A stretch of 64,000 bases of DNA from Gammaproteobacteria bacterium (GTDB lineage: Bacteria; Pseudomonadota; Gammaproteobacteria; GCA-2400775), in the NCBI GenBank assembly GCA_015492075.1, contig WGFU01000037.1, forward strand, positions 1,425 to 65,424, given 5' to 3'. The position numbers were made by a program, and so were the translations under genes. Shown piece after piece: positions 60,666-64,000 of this stretch (position 1 is the first letter of the stretch; each line of letters opens with the position of its first letter). The notes under the pieces were generated by a model. It saw only the letters and a program-made list of their open reading frames with translations, did no database searches and was not told where the DNA came from.

Positions 60666-61526
60666 ATGAGTACACACCCTATCGTTGTCAGCGGCACATT
60701 GACTGAATCTATTGTTGAAATCATAAAGCAACAAATCGGTGGCGACATCCTGCTACAAAACGAAGAGCTGCTTGTCATCAGCGCCAGTCATTATCTACCC
60801 AAGACACGACTCGTGGCTTTGCGCCAAGGCCTCGATGTCGACATCAACCAACTGCCCAAATCATTTGACCCAAACACCGTCGGTCTGGTCATCAGCGATA
60901 TGGACTCCACCTTCATTACCATTGAATGCGTCGATGAGATCGCCGACTTCGCTAATATCAAACCGCAGATATCAGCAGTCACTGAATCTGCCATGCGTGG
61001 TGAAATTGATTTCGAAACCTCATTGCAACAACGCGTTGGCCTGCTCGCCGGTCTCGATGACAGCGCATTGGATCATGTTTACAAAGAAAGGCTACGACTC
61101 AATCCCGGCGCTGCTGACCTGGTAACAGGCCTACATAATAAATCGATACCCTTTGCCCTGGTTTCGGGTGGCTTTACTTTTTTTACTGAAAGGCTCAAAG
61201 CGGAATACGCGCTCGACTTCAGTAAAGCCAATACACTCGAAATCATTGACCATAAACTCACCGGCAAGGTTTTAGGCAACATCGTCGGCGCTCAAGCCAA
61301 AGTCGATTATCTGGAAGAACTGTGCCAAACTCTAAAAATCGAACCAAACCAGACCATCGCCATGGGTGACGGCGCCAATGATTTATTGATGATGGAACAG
61401 GCCGGCTTGAGTGTGGGGTATTATGCAAAGCCTGTTGTTCAGGAGAAAGCAGATATTGTGATCAATTATTCGCCATTGAGTTTGGTTTTGGAATTAATAA
61501 AAAAAGATCAGATTCTCGATTTTTAG
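60666..61526 (+). CDS. serB: phosphoserine phosphatase SerB
   Basis: 286 aa; HAD motif I ISDMDSTFI; N-terminal ACT-like region. Confidence 0.8.
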   Translation: MSTHPIVVSGTLTESIVEIIKQQIGGDILLQNEELLVISASHYLPKTRLVALRQGLDVDINQLPKSFDPNTVGLVISDMDSTFITIECVDEIADFANIKPQISAVTESAMRGEIDFETSLQQRVGLLAGLDDSALDHVYKERLRLNPGAADLVTGLHNKSIPFALVSGGFTFFTERLKAEYALDFSKANTLEIIDHKLTGKVLGNIVGAQAKVDYLEELCQTLKIEPNQTIAMGDGANDLLMMEQAGLSVGYYAKPVVQEKADIVINYSPLSLVLELIKKDQILDF

Positions 61527-61651
61527 TGCTCAACTGATGAAGCACTATTTGGAATCAAGAAATCATATAAATATAACTTATTGATAAATAACAACTTAAT
61601 ATTTATTTATATATATTATTCACAGTCAAAATCAAAACCCAATCAAGAAAC

Positions 61652-63106
61652 TTATTTAGCCCACCACGGCAAATAGCCAGCCCTAGGATGTTCAGTATCA
61701 GCCACCTGTATTGCACCATCTTTTAGAGCCGCATTAATCACAGCAGTCGCCTGCGCAGCATTTTTACTATCTATACCAAGACGCTCGCATAAACTAGCAT
61801 TTTTCAGTCGCTCCCCGCTTAGATATTTAATAACAGCATGCTGATAACAAGCACGCACTCGTTCATCTACTGTCATATTTGCAAAAGAACGCGGGGCATA
61901 CAATATAACTTGCATCGTGTTGGAATCATCCTGAAATTTTGGGGCAGGCAATTGAAACAACTCAACACTAATTATTACTTTATCCAATCCACTACCCTGC
62001 TCCTCACACATATCCATACGTCGCATCAGGGAAGCTAATGCTTCATTTCGAGAACGCGGCGGAAGATCAATCATTCGATCTGTCTGAATCAATGGGGAAC
62101 CTGGGTTTGTAATTTCTAGACGATCAATAAAAAGTTCTATTTGCGGGCCGGCACCGGTAATCGTCATATCTTGATGAATAAGTGCGTTCGCAACGAGCTC
62201 CCTAATAGCTATTTCTGGGAATAACCTCTGTTCCTTGCGAAATACAGAGCCAATATGTTCATTTTGCGGCAACAGATTATTGATGTAATTAACCAAACCT
62301 TCAAAACCTGTAGCGTAACCCTTTTTTCCATCTTTTCTATGAGTAACAGTGGAGGCCTTATTATTATCGTTATAAGCAACAAAACGAATTCCTTTGCGAG
62401 CAATTGATGGGTCAAATTGACCTAAATCATTTGCAAATAAAATTGCTCCTAAGTTGCTTATTTTCCACCTCCCACCTACGTCCTTCACTATTAACTGTTC
62501 TACATGAAGATGCTTTAATATCTCTTCACGGTTATCAGGCACCCGCTGTTTAGTAAGCCTGAAGTAAGAATGGTAATCTAGCAGTTCTAATAACTCATCT
62601 TCAGATAGAAAACTTTTCGCCACCCCTTTTTCCCAAGTAAACGGCCGAATATTATCGACCAACTTTTGGAACCGCTCTGGATAATCAGCCAATTTAGGTG
62701 TCGCACTTCCTATCCGGATATATGCGATACTATCGGCAGTAATAGGCGCAGTTGTCGCTGCTGGTATCTCCAGAATTACGACTCGCCCATCAGGATGGTC
62801 TACAGCCCTAAACGAAAAAGCAAGACTTGGGCTAAGATTCTGAGCCAACCACATTTGGAATACTTGGTTATTGACAGTTTCGTTATCCGGGTTAAATCGT
62901 GTGCCAACCACACTGTGACTATTATCTTCAACTCCCCACAATATATAGGCATAATCTCGCTGATCCACTCGCGCCGCATTAGATAATGCAGAACACAGTT
63001 TCGCGATTAGTTTAGGATCGATATTATCCTTCTTAAATTCAAGCCACGGTAATTCTGAGGGATTTCCACATAACTCATCAATCAACGCAATATCGCGTTC
63101 TAACAT
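61652..63106 (-). CDS. AlbA_2 (Schlafen-like) DNA-binding domain + HATPase_c_4 ATP-binding protein (RecG-like-annotated regulator family)
   Basis: 484 aa; N-terminal AlbA_2-type region and C-terminal GHKL-like ATPase region; lower GC than upstream genes. Confidence 0.55.
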   Translation of the reverse strand: MLERDIALIDELCGNPSELPWLEFKKDNIDPKLIAKLCSALSNAARVDQRDYAYILWGVEDNSHSVVGTRFNPDNETVNNQVFQMWLAQNLSPSLAFSFRAVDHPDGRVVILEIPAATTAPITADSIAYIRIGSATPKLADYPERFQKLVDNIRPFTWEKGVAKSFLSEDELLELLDYHSYFRLTKQRVPDNREEILKHLHVEQLIVKDVGGRWKISNLGAILFANDLGQFDPSIARKGIRFVAYNDNNKASTVTHRKDGKKGYATGFEGLVNYINNLLPQNEHIGSVFRKEQRLFPEIAIRELVANALIHQDMTITGAGPQIELFIDRLEITNPGSPLIQTDRMIDLPPRSRNEALASLMRRMDMCEEQGSGLDKVIISVELFQLPAPKFQDDSNTMQVILYAPRSFANMTVDERVRACYQHAVIKYLSGERLKNASLCERLGIDSKNAAQATAVINAALKDGAIQVADTEHPRAGYLPWWAK

Positions 63107-63245
63107 TTAACTCTAACCTCTCCCAAATCACACATATATAAGTAATATCCATATTGATTAATGTAGTTTCATTTTCAAGCTTGTAACACGAAAAGCGGTT
63201 CGCCACCTAGCCCTTTAACGAGAGAGTGAAAAATATGGGGAATAG

Positions 63246-64000
63246 CTATTCGAATTTAGGATACAACAGCGCTAAACCTTTAACATCCTCACCACTCTTC
63301 ATCTTATCTAGTTGTTCAACAATCTTAAGCAACACAGAACCCTGCCATTCAGCATCTTCAGCTTGGCCATATAGACAATAATTCAAGTGATTCACTTGTT
63401 CCAGCAATTCACCATCGTTTAACTGACTTACTTTATCACTCAAAGAACCACTACCAAGCCGGGGGAAACGAATAGATAACCATTTCTCTAATGCTAGCTT
63501 TGCTGAAGCTGCGTCATTACTTAAGCAGGATTTTTTTAGCTCGTGATAGGCATGGCGCAAAGAAGGATCAATATCTTCTTTAACCATAGTTCGCTTTGGC
63601 GCACGCTGATAACGCGTTGACCATAGATATACTAGTGTGAGCAGCCAAGCAAAGGTGGAGAATAGCGCTAAATATTGCCACCAAGACCGGACGCGATTCA
63701 ATGCATTCTGCGAACCAACGCTATTGGTATCAAATACAGGCTGATTATTAATTGTAGGTAAATCGCTTAATGCTGCGTTGCTGTTTGCGGCCGGCAGAAT
63801 GGTCAGTGTTTTTTGGGGTAATTCTGCTAATTGATAGCGCTTGTTTAGTGTATCCCACCATTTGATCGATACCTTGGGTAAAGTGTACGTCCCGTGTTGT
63901 GTTGGGATGAGCGCTAGCGTTTCTGTTCGTTGACCGATGATGCCTTTATCTGTGGCTTCACTTTTTAGTTCAGGCTTTTCCGGATAGATATTGATGCCAG
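63246..64000 (-). CDS. BatD-like / hypothetical membrane protein, partial (5' end beyond window)
   Basis: Reading frame of the 63246..63701 ORF stays open to nt 64000. Extended N-terminal part is followed by a TM segment (WWQYLALFSTFAWLLTLVYLW) and a soluble C-terminal region. Confidence 0.35.
   Translation of the reverse strand, partial: GINIYPEKPELKSEATDKGIIGQRTETLALIPTQHGTYTLPKVSIKWWDTLNKRYQLAELPQKTLTILPAANSNAALSDLPTINNQPVFDTNSVGSQNALNRVRSWWQYLALFSTFAWLLTLVYLWSTRYQRAPKRTMVKEDIDPSLRHAYHELKKSCLSNDAASAKLALEKWLSIRFPRLGSGSLSDKVSQLNDGELLEQVNHLNYCLYGQAEDAEWQGSVLLKIVEQLDKMKSGEDVKGLALLYPKFE

Overview
This is a 64-kb chromosomal window from a Gram-negative, probably gamma- or betaproteobacterial, genome. 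Most of it is conserved housekeeping synteny, and coding density is about 90%.

Housekeeping clusters:
- ftsYEX-rpoH.
- Paired M16 peptidases, then rsmD-coaD-yfhL-ggt.
- mutM, a GldG/ABC-2 transporter, a hydantoinase-family gene, and mgtE.
- A complete nitrogen-PTS/RpoN cluster: ptsI-npr-EIIA(Man)-rapZ-hprK-ptsN-hpf-rpoN-lptBAC-kdsCD.
- yrbG-ubiAC-recG-ridA-spoT-rpoZ-gmk-yicC, then rph-rdgB-hemW-serB.

The exception is an accessory block of about 18 kb (roughly 11.9-29.5 kb) inserted between ggt and mutM. It is densely packed with membrane and periplasmic redox proteins and encodes a non-canonical C-family (cbb3-like) heme-copper oxidoreductase system arranged in three paralogous modules.
- Module A (13.2-25.7 kb, minus strand) contains:
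  - a full CcoN-like subunit I with an intact Tyr-5x-HH CuB site but a WWHAHN motif in place of WWYGHN;
  - a CcoO-like monoheme subunit carrying a ~110-aa insertion;
  - two heme-less CcoP-N-terminal-like proteins;
  - a CcoQ-like protein and extra mono-heme c-type cytochromes;
  - a membrane-anchored FGE/SUMF1 (NirV-like) protein;
  - a fused MFS/spermidine-synthase-like protein;
  - a CcoG-like polyferredoxin and several small membrane proteins.
- Module B (26.2-29.4 kb) has a di-heme cytochrome c, a paralogous membrane mono-heme cytochrome c, a TlpA-like thioredoxin lipoprotein, and a stand-alone half subunit I protein.
- Module C (11.97-13.2 kb) has a second stand-alone half subunit I, a Cys/His-rich protein and a 40-aa peptide.
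- Two unannotated 30-aa single-TM peptides with strong RBSs precede modules A and B.

I saw no transposases, CRISPR arrays, rRNA or tRNA genes. The window's 3' end (after serB, >61.5 kb) becomes AT-rich. It carries an AlbA_2/HATPase-type protein and a partial BatD-like gene, and may be a horizontally acquired segment.
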